From assembly GCA_030704615.1 (NCBI GenBank), contig CM060731.1, positions 93,744,001 through 93,808,000 on the forward strand: a stretch of DNA of 64,000 nucleotides, read 5' to 3'. The notes beneath the pieces were generated by a model that saw only the letters and a list, made by a program, of their open reading frames with translations, made no database searches and was not told where the DNA came from. A program made the position numbers and the translations under genes. This stretch comes from Takakia lepidozioides. Taxonomy: Eukaryota; Plantae; Bryophyta. This document shows, piece after piece, positions 22,704-34,616 of this stretch (positions within the stretch are counted from its first letter, which is position 1; the number at the start of each line of letters is the position of its first letter).

Positions 22704-25700
22704 ATGGGGTCGGGCAAGCCAAAACGAAAGCGGAATGGCCCAAAAGACGATGATCCTGGTGAGCCCGATGGGGGCGACGTGTCACCGAGGCGGCCGTTTG
22801 AGGAAGCGATGCATGTTTCCGAAAACGAGGCCGCTCAAGAGCGGGAGGAATCTAAGGAGTCGGAGCCTGAGGAATCCCTGGGAGCTCCGACCCACCAATA
22901 GGTGCCTCCCATGCCAACAGCCTTTTGGGAAGGGTTGTTGGCGCAATTTGGTGGGACGTTGAAAGACGTGTTGAAGGCGGCTAATGCCACTTCCACTAAG
23001 GCAAAGTTTAAGGTGAAGCCTAAGGAACCCGGCACCTTCGAGGGCGTCCAAAATCGGAAGGCACTCAACACCTGGCTCTTGGAGCTAGAGCAGTACTTCC
23101 GGGCGGCCAAGTTAAGTGACGAGGATCGGGTGGAAGTGGCTCCCACCTATTTGAGGGGCTATGCTCAACAATGGTGGCAGAAACGCCTTCACGACCGAGG
23201 TCCAAGCCCGGAAACCTTGAACTGGAGTGGGTTCAAGGAATTGATGAAGAGGCAATTTGTGCCTCTCAACGCGTCCTGGCTCGCACGGGACAAGATGAGG
23301 AAATTTGAAGCAAACAGATGACATTCGGGGATATGTCCAGGCTTTCAATGTGGTGTTGCTCGAAGTCGCAGACATGGCAGAACCAGAAATGGTCTTCAAC
23401 TTTGTGGCGGGACTGGCCCCATGGGCCAGGCGGAAGTTGGAGGAGAAGCCACCTAAGACTTTGAACGAGGCAATTGAGAGGGCTGAATGTTTCTCGGATG
23501 TCCCTAAGGGTGAAAGACAAGGCCGTACGGAGCTGAACCACAAGAAGACCCAGCGGGAAGGTGACTCCTTCCGACCGGAAAAGAAGTGGGATAGGCCACA
23601 CGGCGAAAATGGCACGTGGAAATCGAAGGGAGGGCCCTCACAAGTCAAGGCGGCACCCGGTGCTTCGAAAGGAAAAGCGGGTGGAGCGGCCTATGGCGGA
23701 CAGAAGGCGACCTTTGATGGAGTGTGTTTCAACTACGGGGAGCCCGGGCACATGGCCAAGAAGTGCACGAAGCCCCGGCAATTGAACATGACTCGGGCGA
23801 CCATAGAGCTGTCGGAAGATACCATCAGTCGCTTGGTGGAAGCGGTGGTCGCCAGGACTTGCAAGGTAGGCAAATTTTCTTGTGAGTTGTATCAGGAAAC
23901 TGGCGCCTTACGTAAAGGGAGTCAGTTATTGTTCGTGGATGGGATAATATCCGGAACTAACGTGTCGTTGTTGGTGGACACAGGAGCATCGCACTCCTTC
24001 ATGACACCGGCAACGGCACAAAAGCTGGGACTCCCGACAAGTGACGTGGGGGCCTCTTTTGAGGTGCGTTCTGCCAAAGGAGAACCGCAATTGGAGACAA
24101 GGTTGGCGTTTGATGTTCCTCTTCAACTGGGGAGTTGGGAGGGACGTGAGAACTTCACCATCTGCGAGATCAATGAACTGGATCTCATTTTGGGGATGAC
24201 CTTTTTGAGCAAATCCGGAGTGGTCATGAATGGCCGCAAGAGAGTAGTCACGCTGCCATGTGGGAATGGTGGCGAGGTCTTACGAGTGTCGGAAATGCCC
24301 AAACCCGTGGGAGGGCGAATAAACCTTCTGTCAGCAACGGAGTGGACAGTGGAGGAGGCACACGAGCCCCAATTTTTGCTCTACATTAGAGAAGTGAAGG
24401 GAGAAGGCGATGGGGAGCCGAGCCCAGATTGGATCAAGGGGATTTTGGAGAAATACCAGGATGTGATGCCGGAGGATTTACCAAGCGGCTTGCCACCGCG
24501 AAGAGGAGTTGACCACAAGATTGAGGTGATATCGGGATCGGAACCGCCTGCCAAGGCGCCCTACCGGTTGAGCCACAGAGAGTTGGTCGAGCTGAAGACT
24601 CAGCTCAAAGATCTAATGTCAAAGGGGTACATCCGGCCGAGTAAGTCACCTTACGGAGCCCCGGTGCTATTCGCAGACAAGAAGGATGGGACGCTGCGGA
24701 TGTGTGTCGATTACAGGGCTTTGAATAAGGTGACTATCAAAAACCGGTACCCTTGGCCAAGGATCGACGACCTTTTCGATCGGTTGGCAGGAGCGAAGTA
24801 TTTCAGCCGGATCGATCTGCGCTCCGGCTATCATCAAATTCGAGTGGTGGAAGGAGATGAGGAGAAGACCGCGTGCAGGACAAGGTATGGTTCATATGAG
24901 TTCTTGGTGATGCATTTTGGACTCACCAACGCTCCCGCGACCTTTAGCACGCTGATGAACAGCCTTTTCCAGGAGTGGTTGGATGACTTTGTGATCGTGT
25001 ACATCGACAACATCTTGGTGTATTCGAAAACAAAGGAGGAGCACCTGGAGCACCTCAAAAGGGTATTCCAGAAATTGCGGAAAGGGAAGCTATATGCCAA
25101 AGATTCAAAGTGCAAATTCGGGGTCACAAAAGTGGAGTTCCTGGGGCATGTGATTACACAGGATGGGATCAGAATGGATGACAGGAAGGTGAGGGCAATC
25201 TTGGACTGGGAGCCTCCGACTTCGGTCCCGGGAGTGCGATCCTTCCTAGGACTTGCCTCCTATTACCGGAAGTATGTGAGAAATTTCGCCAAGATCGCGG
25301 GGCTGCTGTCAGACCTTCTGTGTAATTCCAAAATCTGGGCATGGAACACCTTTTGTGGCCAAGTTTTTGCTGAATTGAAGTAGCGGATGGCGGAAGCTCC
25401 AGTCTTGAAAATCCCGGAGTTCGATCGTCCGTTCGAGATTCATACAGATGCGTCGAACTTCGCGATTGGGGGTGTACTGATGCAAGATGGACGTCAAGTG
25501 GCTTACGAAAATAAGAAACTGAATGAAGTGGAGCGACGGTGGCCAACGCACGAGAAAGAGATGAAGGCGGTGGTGCACAGTCTTGAGCTTTGGCGCCACT
25601 ATGTTGGTTCCAACCCAGTGAAGGTGTTCACGGACAATGTCACGGCGAAGTATTTTGCCACGCAGCCCAAGTTGTCCCCAAAACAACGTAGGTAGCAAGA

Positions 25701-27263
25701 TACTTTGGGGGTGTTCGACGTGGATATCCAGTACAAACCGGGACGGGACAACGTGGTGGCCGATGCTTTAAGTAGAAAGCAACAGCTCATGTTGTTGCAC
25801 AGGGGCGAGACGGCGCTCCAAAGGAAGATCCGGAAGGCTTGCCGGAAGGATGAGCTGGCGAAGTCCGTGATGCAGGACTTGAGGATGGGGGTTAAATCGC
25901 AGTTCCACTTGCAAAATGGACTGCTCCGGTATAAGCAAAAGCGCCTCTACGTGCCGAAGGGAGGGATCAGAGATAGCCTCTTGAGAGAATGCCATGATAG
26001 CCCGCTTGCGGGCCACGGCGGAGCCAAGCGCACTGCGGCACTCTTGAAGAAAGAGTATTTCTGGCCCAAACTTAGGGAGGAGACAGAGGAGTATGTCAAG
26101 ACATGCACCACATGCCAACAAAACCGGAGTGAGTACAAAAAACAAGTGGGGCTGTTACAACCCTTGCCGATTCCAGAGGGGACTTGGGAAAGCGTCTCGA
26201 TGGATTTCATGACTGCTATGCCGCTGTCAAAAGAATTCGATGCAATCATGGTGGTGGTGGATAGGTTCAGTAAAATGGGCCATTTCATCCCCACCAAGGA
26301 GACGGCAACGGCGCAAGAAACAGGGCGACTTTACTTCGCCCACGTCTTAAAGCATCATGGAGTCCCGAAGGATATTGTCTCGGACCGCGATCCAAAGTTA
26401 TGAGTAAATTTTGGAGGGCACTTTGGAAGAAGATGGGGACGAGGCTGAAGATGAGCACCGCCTTCCGACCGACGACCGACGGCCAAACGGAAAGAGTGAA
26501 TTCCGTAGTGAAGCAGATCTTGCGGAATTACGTGTCGGCAGACCAAACAGACTGGGTGGAACACTTAGACGCGGCAGAGTTCTGTTATAATAACACAGAA
26601 CACTCCGCAACGAGAGTTTTCCCTTTCGTATTGGTCTATGGAAAAGCACCTCTGGTGCCGACAAGTTTGGCCGCCCAGGACGTTGAGGAACCGGCAGTAG
26701 CGGCGGTACTGGAAGAACGCGAGCGTTTGTTAAAGCTCGCAAAGTACAACATTGCCAAAGCTAGGAAACGGTATGAAAGGCAGGCGAATCGGAAGCGGAG
26801 GGAAGTGAAGTTTGAGGCAAGCACGGAGGTCTGGTTGAACATCAAGAATTTCCGACTACCTCCGGAAGTGAGTCCAAAGTTCGTACCTCCGTATGCGGGA
26901 CCCTTTCGCATCCGGAAGGTTATGAATGAGGATGTGTATGAATTGGAGCTGCCGGAAAACAAGAAGGTGCATCCAGTATTCCACCTCCCTTTGAAGCCTT
27001 ACTTCAAAGATGAAGCGCGTCCGAATCGGCATCAAGTGTTGCGTCCGCCACCTGTGCTGTTGGATCATGAAAATGAACCTGAGTACGAAGTGGAGGCAGT
27101 ACTTAAGTCGAGGACGTTCAAGAACTGAGAAACGGAGTATCTCGTCAAATGGAAGGGCTATCATCACGTGGAGGCATCTTGGGTGCGTGCCTCAGAAATG
27201 AGAAACGCATCCGAGGCGGTTGCAGTTTTTGAAGGGCGACCTCAAAAGCGAAAGAAGCGTTGA
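22704..27263 (+). pseudogene. gag-pol polyprotein of the chromovirus (degenerate)
   Basis: Gag, mutated Zn knuckle [14 protein letters not shown], protease [27 protein letters not shown], RNase H HTDASNFAIGGVL, integrase H-H-C-C/VSMDF/SDRD, GPF motif, and chromodomain YEVEAVL..YLVKWKGY..ASW. Several stops and frameshifts. Confidence 0.95.
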
Positions 27264-28170
27264 TGGGGACATCAACCTTGGAGCGTGGGGGAGGAAATGC
27301 ATGCTTAGCCCGGTTTAGCTAGCTTAGGAATCCGATTGCAAAAACTTGTATTGTACAAAAATTTGTTATAAAGGAAATGGGTTCCAAATGTTGTGCGTCC
27401 TATTTTGTTTGGAATGTTGATGCATGGTGTGGTTGGCTAGTGTGTAAAATGCATGCTAGCTTACAAAAGTGGGAAAGGTAAATTGGGTTAATCGTGTGTT
27501 TGCGCAGTGCCGAAATCGGGTGACTCCCATCCAAGGGGCAAGGAAACTTGCGCCTTCTTTAGGAGTTCACGTGCTAGTGCGCACCTGGCGCGTGCGCATA
27601 CTATAACCGCGCTACCGAGGGGGTTGCTTTGTAGTGCGGGCTAACGCGGAAGCTACGTGCTTCCATTCACGTACTATAATCATGTAGCCTCGGGACGAAG
27701 TCATAGTGCGGCTTCGGCGTGTTCCCGTACCTCAGGCCAGCATTCCAAGGCGGACCCAATTGTAGTGATTGGGGCGCGCGGTTGGTTCAAGGTTATCTTC
27801 CTAGTCAAAGAGGGTTCGAGGTGAACCCTTGCTCAAGGTGATGCCAAAAACGGCATCATGAGCGGTCGCAAACAATGTTGTTGCAGTAAGGCGATTCGAT
27901 CCTCGGGGAGGATCATTCCTTGGCCTTGAAGTAGCCCAAGAAGAGTGCACTGGGAGGAGCTTGAGAGGCTCCACCCTTGACCGGGACTTGGAGGAAGTCG
28001 GCCGAACTAGCTAGTGGAGAGTAGAGTCAAGTGTTGGGTTTGGGTCTTTGCCATGGGACGCCATGGTACGGAAACAAACTCCTTGATGTGGGACGCCACA
28101 ACTTGGATGTTCGTTTCCACAAAATGGACAAGCCGATGAGGACATCGACTCCCTGTTGATAGGGGTGTGT

Positions 28171-28736
28171 GTCAAGGCAGGTTGACGTCATTTACATAGG
28201 CAGCGACCTATAACCGCGGGCCGAAAAGGTAGAAGGGGGCCCATAGCCGCGGAATTGCGCATTCGGCACACAGGGAACATATATGGGCGATGTTGTTGAA
28301 TGATTGTGTTTGCAGAGACCGAATATACAATGGTTGTGGATGAATTCATGAGGATGATGGACAGTGAATGTGGATGTCACGCTGCGAATGTGGATGAATG
28401 TGGATGAAATCTAATGGATGAATGAGAGTGGATGAATGTGCAATGAGAAAATCTCTCATGAAGCACATGATAAGATTTAACCAATGTCTGCCATTTGGGG
28501 AAAGGTGGACCGATGCTGTCGCCTTCCACTGTCTCAAGTAATCCTCTAGAGTATCTTCGGGCAAGGTCATCGTCATCTTGTAAGCATTTAGCTGCTTCTC
28601 CAGCACCTGGTTTGCACGAGCTTCAATCTATCAAAAGACGCAATCCAAAACGTTAGAGTCCATACCAAGGAAGATCCTTATGTAAATTCAAGAAAAGACA
28701 GTCCACAAGATTACCTAGCTCCAGTACGTGGCTTTG
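28171..28736. repeat. Second copy of 6265-6610 joined to 7302-7525
   Basis: Near-identical sequence. The 6610-7301 segment is absent, with an ATG microhomology at the junction. Confidence 0.92.
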
Positions 28737-31332
28737 TGCAGCCATGTATCGAAAACTTGATCGCTGAAGGGCCTGATGTGGCCAGTGTTTTTGTCTCTTT
28801 CCCCCTTTGGAAAGCCATATGTGTCCTTCACTGTTGGGTCAGAATTCCAAATCTCCAACCATTTAACTTTCTGCTCGGAATCCACCACTGCAGTTGACAA
28901 GCGATGCAACTTTTCCTGTGTCATCTCTAGCTTGGTATTGTTGTTCCAGTGGTTCCTCACCTCAAGAATTGAGGCCCAAAGGCAGGGTCTGCTATTCTCA
29001 GTTGTTTCACAAAGGCGCTCATGATCTTCTTCCAAATCTCATTCATCTTTAACTTCATTGCTTCAGCCACTCCCTTCGATGTTCTCATCCCCTTGGGGGT
29101 TTTGAAGTAGTACTATGCTTTAGCCCTCTCCCCAGCCTCCGCTATCTCTTGCTGCAAAAATCAATCAAAAATCAGATAACAGAATAATTTGAATTGTACT
29201 AGAAAATGGAAGTTCTTGGTGATGATATACTAACCATCCAAGAATGCTCCCCTTGTCAGCTTGTACCATGTGTCAGACGTTTTGGAGGTCTGGCATTTCG
29301 CGAAGGTTTCTGGGCTAAGGATGCTCTTGAATGTGTTGAGGGGCATTTGGCCAATATTCTGGATCCTGAAAAGGGTGTGTACCCGGTTCGTTGTAACATG
29401 GGCGGTTTCAGTTCCCCTGCCACAAGCAGTGGTATATCATCACATGTCTGATATGATTCCCGAACACATACATGAGGGAAAGAATCAGGTTATTTCAGGA
29501 AAGACACTTACTTGTTCACGTCATGCATTGCTGTCAAGAGCGCAGTGATGTTTCCCTTGGGATCCAGCACCATGGAGGCCACACAATAGTGCCACTCCTC
29601 CTCAGTGCTATGATACCTCGATATCATGTTCTGCCAGGCAAGCAATTGGTGGTTGCCATCCCAGACATGGAACATCTTGCCTGAGAAAGGCTGTGTAACA
29701 AGCCTCTTGCAAATAATTGATTCAAACTCCTCGTTGATGCGTCGCCATATTGGATCCCAGCCTCCAACAATGGTCTCGTCCACCAAAACTTCCCTGCCGT
29801 TGGCGTCGCCCAACGAAATGTAAAACACAGATTGACCCTCTATGTACCCATGGCAAAAATCATGTTCAAGCTTTGCAATGTCATTCGTGAGGGCTGGTCG
29901 GACGAACGGCATGGAGATCAACCTGCAGAGTGGGATCATTAATTTCCCCCCAGGAACGCCCATGGCCTTGATAACTTGGGTTGAGTTCACTTTCGAGAAG
30001 GACAACAGATCTTTTGCTCTGTCCTGGTATGGCCTGCCATCGTCTTCCTCCTCAACAACAACAAGTTTGTGGTCTTCATCTGCATCCTGCTCCAGGGGAG
30101 CACCTCTCCTTTTCTTCGCCTGCATTCAAAAAGAAAAAATCTCCATGTAAAAGCAATGTCACATATTGAGTGCGTTGACGCACGCATTTCTGAAGCATCT
30201 ACAGACTGTGCATCCTCTCTTCAAGTTGAAGATATGCATGTGCATCGATCTCGAAGTGAGAGACCCATACTCCAGAGAATGTCCTTCAAAACAACCCCAG
30301 AAATTGTGTGCGTCAATGCACGCAATTTCGGTGGGTGCTCTGAAGTGTCACTCGTGGATTTAAGACGATCATTTTGTGCTCACAAAATCGTGGCATTCAG
30401 ATCTGTTTAGAGCTCTGGATGTCCATCATAGCACCCTCCAAAATTGAGTGCGTTGACGCACGCAATTTCTGGGGGTCTCTTAGGGACATGTAGAGCTTGT
30501 TGTAGCAGATATCATGCAGCCCATTTCCCTCTGTTCATGGCTGCAGTTAGAGATGCTCAATGCAAAACATGGCTTTCAGAGCTCCTCCAGAAATTGCGTG
30601 CGTTGACGCACGCAATTCTGGAGGTGCTCTGAAGGTCCTGCTCCAAATACAGCCTCCCTTCCTTCTTCAGTGAACAAAAGAAATGAGTAAAGGAAAAACT
30701 AGCAGAACACTCATGTAACTATCAGAACACTCACCTTGATCTACTTCACTCAACTCTGAAGAGGAAAAGACATGAATGCAGGGCATGAGATTGCGTGCGT
30801 CAGTGCACGCAATTTTCATGCCCTTCAATCTGCACCAAAAGAGAGGAAGGAAGATCATCACCTGTGGTACTTTCGGGGGAGCACTCCCTGATGCCTTGGA
30901 TGCAACGGCAATATCCGTCTGCGCAGCCTGCTTCCTCTTCGGTGATGCATCCTTCTCAACAACACTCTTCCCCTTTGGCGTGGGTTCCTTAGCAACAACG
31001 TCGGGCTCCTCTGTGTCCATATCCTCTGTGTCGCTCTCTGATGGTGTTTCATCCCCTCCTTGGGCAGCCCCGACTGCCTGGTCCTGCACAGTCATTTGTT
31101 CTGCTTCCAGGGCCGAACTCTCCTCTGCTATCTCTTGAAGCGTCAGATCCAGCTTGCGGCCTCTCATTCTCTCTCTAGCCCTCTTCCTCTCTCGCGCTGA
31201 GGTGAAAAAAAAAAACTGCCTTCTACGCCTACCACTCTCTCTGTGGGAACTCAGTCTCGTGCTAGTCTCCAGCTTGAAAATGAGGATGTGCTGGGCCCAG
31301 AGACGTTGTGCGAGGGGATGCCGGTGGGGCAA
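28515..31332 (-). pseudogene. 5' half (ParB-like domain) of the subfamily C fusion gene
   Basis: IPLCRLISMPFVRPALTNDIAKLEHDF...FHVWDGNHQLLAW...AMHDVNK, then exons homologous to B (EKLHRLST, KWLEIWN, FDTWL). Introns carry AAATTGCGTGCGTTGACGCACGCAATTT variants. Confidence 0.85.
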
Positions 31333-31805
31333 TGCTTGTGATGGTTATGCATGGGTTCACCTCACACGTGTCCACGTAGTCGCCAGGGAGGGGGGCATAT
31401 CCCGCACAAAAGAGTTTCGAGCAGCAGTTCGGAGCCGAGGGAGCCATGAAAAGGGTCCTGTACAGGTGGGTCATTTGAACTAAGCAGGTTCATCTTCTTC
31501 CTTTATGGCCCTCCAAAATTGCGTGCGTCACCGCACGCATTTTTGGAGGGTTGGATCTCTGGACTGTTTTCCCTATGTCTCATTCAATGCAGGCTCGTTT
31601 CTTGGAGACCCACTGCCTATCTGGTTGTTTTTTCATGTTATGAGTTATTGTTGTCTGACCTCTACGTTGTTTTCCCGTTGTGTGCGTGTTTGTCAACTTT
31701 TATTGGACCCCTAAAAATGTGTGCGCTGACGCACACAGATTTCAGGGGCCACACATCATGTAGTTTCTCCTCCACTTTCTGATATTGTGCCTGCATTGTT
31801 CTGTA

Positions 31806-33402
31806 GGTATATCAAGAACGTTCTGATTCCTGGGAACAACCTCAGCAAGTACCCAGGCTTCATCGACTTGTGGGCTGACTCCTCCAACAGCCATACCATG
31901 TACACTACAGCAATCCTCAGGGATTACGGTAGATATCACCTCAAGGACTGCTGCTGGTATCTCGACATACCCAAATCAGATTGCCCATGGTATGAGTTGC
32001 AGACACGGAACCAGAATGACAATGCGGAGTCCTTGGCTCCTCTAACAGATAGGGAACTGCATGACAAAAACCTGCGAAACCTTGTTGAGAAGGAACCTGC
32101 AGCCACTAACACTCCGGCGAGAGGGAAGGGGAAGGGAAAGGGCACAAAGGACAGAGGGAAGGAGAAGAGCGCCCAAGGGGATGCTGCAGTAGGTGTTGGT
32201 TCCCAGACCCCAATTGTAACCAAGGATCACAAACGCAAGGGGAAGTTTGAGCCATACGACGCAGTGGAGCACCCATCCCGAATCAACCGAGAATGCAGAT
32301 GCGAGCTTGTGAACGACTCCTTCCTTGCCATGATGGAGACCAGGAAAGGTGGTTACACTGGAGATCCCTCTCCAACGTGGGTTAAGATGAGTGCTTTTCT
32401 GGAGTCGGTAAGCAAATTTCTCATCTTCACTGTTGCAAAATTCCCACCTTTACTATTGCAAATTTCCCATCTTAGATGTGGTTTTGAATTTTTGTCGGCG
32501 CTGTTTGCAGGTTTCGTCGGGGCGGGATTGGGTGAATGGTGCTCAGAAGCCGTGTGTTGCAGACATGGTGATTGTTGACATTCCGGACGGGCAAGCGGTA
32601 CCAGACATTCTCCCCATTGGTACTTGCCCAACCTGGAATGCATTTGACGAAAGGTACTGGCGGTGGGTCTTCTCTTTTTGCAAGTTCTTTCTGTCGGATG
32701 GAGGGGTTCTGGTGATGATTCAGTCCCATCACTACGAAATGCCGTCGGGAGATTTCAAGCTATCTGAAGGCCTCGGGGATGAAGATCATCAAAACGTGGA
32801 ATGGTGTGAACAGCCTATACCTGACAAAGGGTGACTGCCCGGGACAAATGGTAATCCTCCTTCTCTTTTCTGCTTCAATTTGATTGCAATTTGGCCCCTC
32901 CAGAACTGAGTGCGTTGACGCACTCAATTCCAGATGGGTGCAATCGCTCTCATCTGAGTGGGATTTTGAATCATATCTTATCTGATTCGTGATGTCTTTT
33001 TGAGCAGACCCACCTTTTTGAAGTCGTGTGCCTCGTCAGGATTCGCCCAGCTTCCACTCCTGCGTCAGTGAAGGACTTCAGGCTTCATGGAGGAGGCTGT
33101 TTTATAAACGACAGGTTTGATCCTGTGGTGGACGACATTCACTACAACTACGTGGATTCTAATGTGTGTTTGAGAAAGTCCAATTCCACACCATAGAGAG
33201 GGGCAAAGGAGAAGAGCCCAGCTTTTATTCAGACAATTATAGATACATGCTCTCATCCGGGGTCGCGCATCGTGGACCTCACTCTTGGGACAGGTTAGAC
33301 CCCGATCAATCTATGGTGTTCCCTTATTGTTGCAAAGTTTGTAAAACCATGCTAACAATACAACGTCTTGCAGGCGCTTCGTACCATGCTTGCAAGGCTG
33401 GG
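31806..33402 (+). pseudogene. 3' half (methyltransferase-like) of a subfamily C fusion gene
   Basis: YHLKDCCWYLDIP, VNDSFL, ADMVIVDIPDG (about 32577), FLSDGGVLV, and RIVDLTLGT|GASYHACKAG. The same 28-bp palindrome occurs at about 31517, 31715 and 32903. Confidence 0.82.
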
Positions 33403-33403
33403 G

Positions 33404-34310
33404 GAACGGAAATGTGAAGGTGGAACGGAACGGAACGTGAAGGTGGAACGGAAATGTGGTACCGCATTTCCGTTCTGATTGAAAACATGAACCACGGGAA
33501 TTGAAATGCGGCACCGCATTTCCGTCCGAGTCGCACCTTCCGACATTCCAGAATGGAAATGCGGCACCGCATTTCTGTCCGGGGGAGACCTTCATACTCT
33601 CCAGTATGAACTGAAAATCGTTCTAACTGAAAATCGTGAACCATCGGAACTGAAATGCGGCACTGCATTTCCATCTGAGTCGCACCTTCCGACATTCCAG
33701 AACGGAAGTGCGGCACCGCATTTCCGTTTTGTATGTGAGGCATGGAGGTGTGGGACGGAAATGCGGCACCGCATTTCCGTTCTGACTGGAAATTGGAAAC
33801 ATTGGAACTAAAATGCGGTACCGCATTTCCGTCGGAGTCGCTCCTTCCGACATTCCAGAACGGAAATGCGGCACCGTATTTCCGTCCGGGTGAGACCTTC
33901 ATATTCTCCAGAACGGAAATGCGGCACGACATTTCCGTTCAACAACTAAGGTATGTGAAGGTGGAACGGAAATGCGGTACCGCATTTCCGTTCTGATTGA
34001 AAATTCATGAACCACGGGAACTGAAATGCGGCACCGCATTTCCGTCCGAGTCGCACCATCCGACATTCTAGAACGGAAATGCGGCGCCGCATTTCCCTTT
34101 TGTATCTCAGGCATGGAGCTGTGGGACGGAAATGTGGCACCGCATTTCCGTTCAACAACTAAGGTATGTGAAGGTGGAACGGAAATGCGCTGCCGCATTT
34201 TCGTCCAACAAGTACGGTATGTGTAGCTTCGGGATGGTACTTAACGGAAATGTGGCGCCGCATTTGCTTTTTCACTGTAACTCATTAGACGCTGGGACGG
34301 AAATGCCATG
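33404..34310. repeat. Array of 22-bp palindrome GGAAATGCGGCACCGCATTTCC with 53-bp period (subfamily D, upstream)
   Basis: Reference C at 33509, 33562, 33658, 33711, 33764, 33816, 33869, 33922, 33975, 34029, 34082, 34135 and 34188. Several different about 31-bp linkers are reused. Confidence 0.95.
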
Positions 34311-34616
34311 ATATGTGAACACGTGGACCAACGGAATTGCGGCACATGTCTGCACTCTATCTGACTGAAGTGGCAGGAGGCGGCGCGGCCTGACCGTTGG
34401 ATAATGATGTTTGTTTTTCGGACGGCAGGCGTACCCTTGACGATTCGAATTTCGTAATGACGCATAGTCCACGAGGAGACACTTTCGTCCAAGCCTTTCG
34501 AACCCAAGTGGTGCATCACCGCCGTTTCATCTTCTTTTGTCGTGTCTACTCAGTCACCCCTCTCGCGCCCTTTCCATCTGCACTCTTCGCCCCTTTTCCA
34601 TGTCTCTGTTCTTCTT

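Larger units (their letters stand above)
7526..28174 (+). mobile_element. Ty3/gypsy chromovirus LTR retrotransposon; 5' LTR split by the MULE, 3' LTR deleted
   Basis: LTR TGTCACG(7526)...CGCGACA(22648), PBS, gag-PR-RT-RH-IN-chromodomain order, and a purine-rich tract at about 28158-28169 followed only by TGTCA. Confidence 0.92.

Noticed and set aside
30160-30810. Helical phasing of the C-type palindromes
   Set aside because: The spacings (about 138, 140, 150, 197) are few and not clearly integer turns, so they are not counted as support.
33404-34310. CRISPR-like look: palindromic repeat with constant-length variable spacers
   Set aside because: The spacers recur as a few types in higher-order repeats, no cas genes are present, and the context is eukaryotic.
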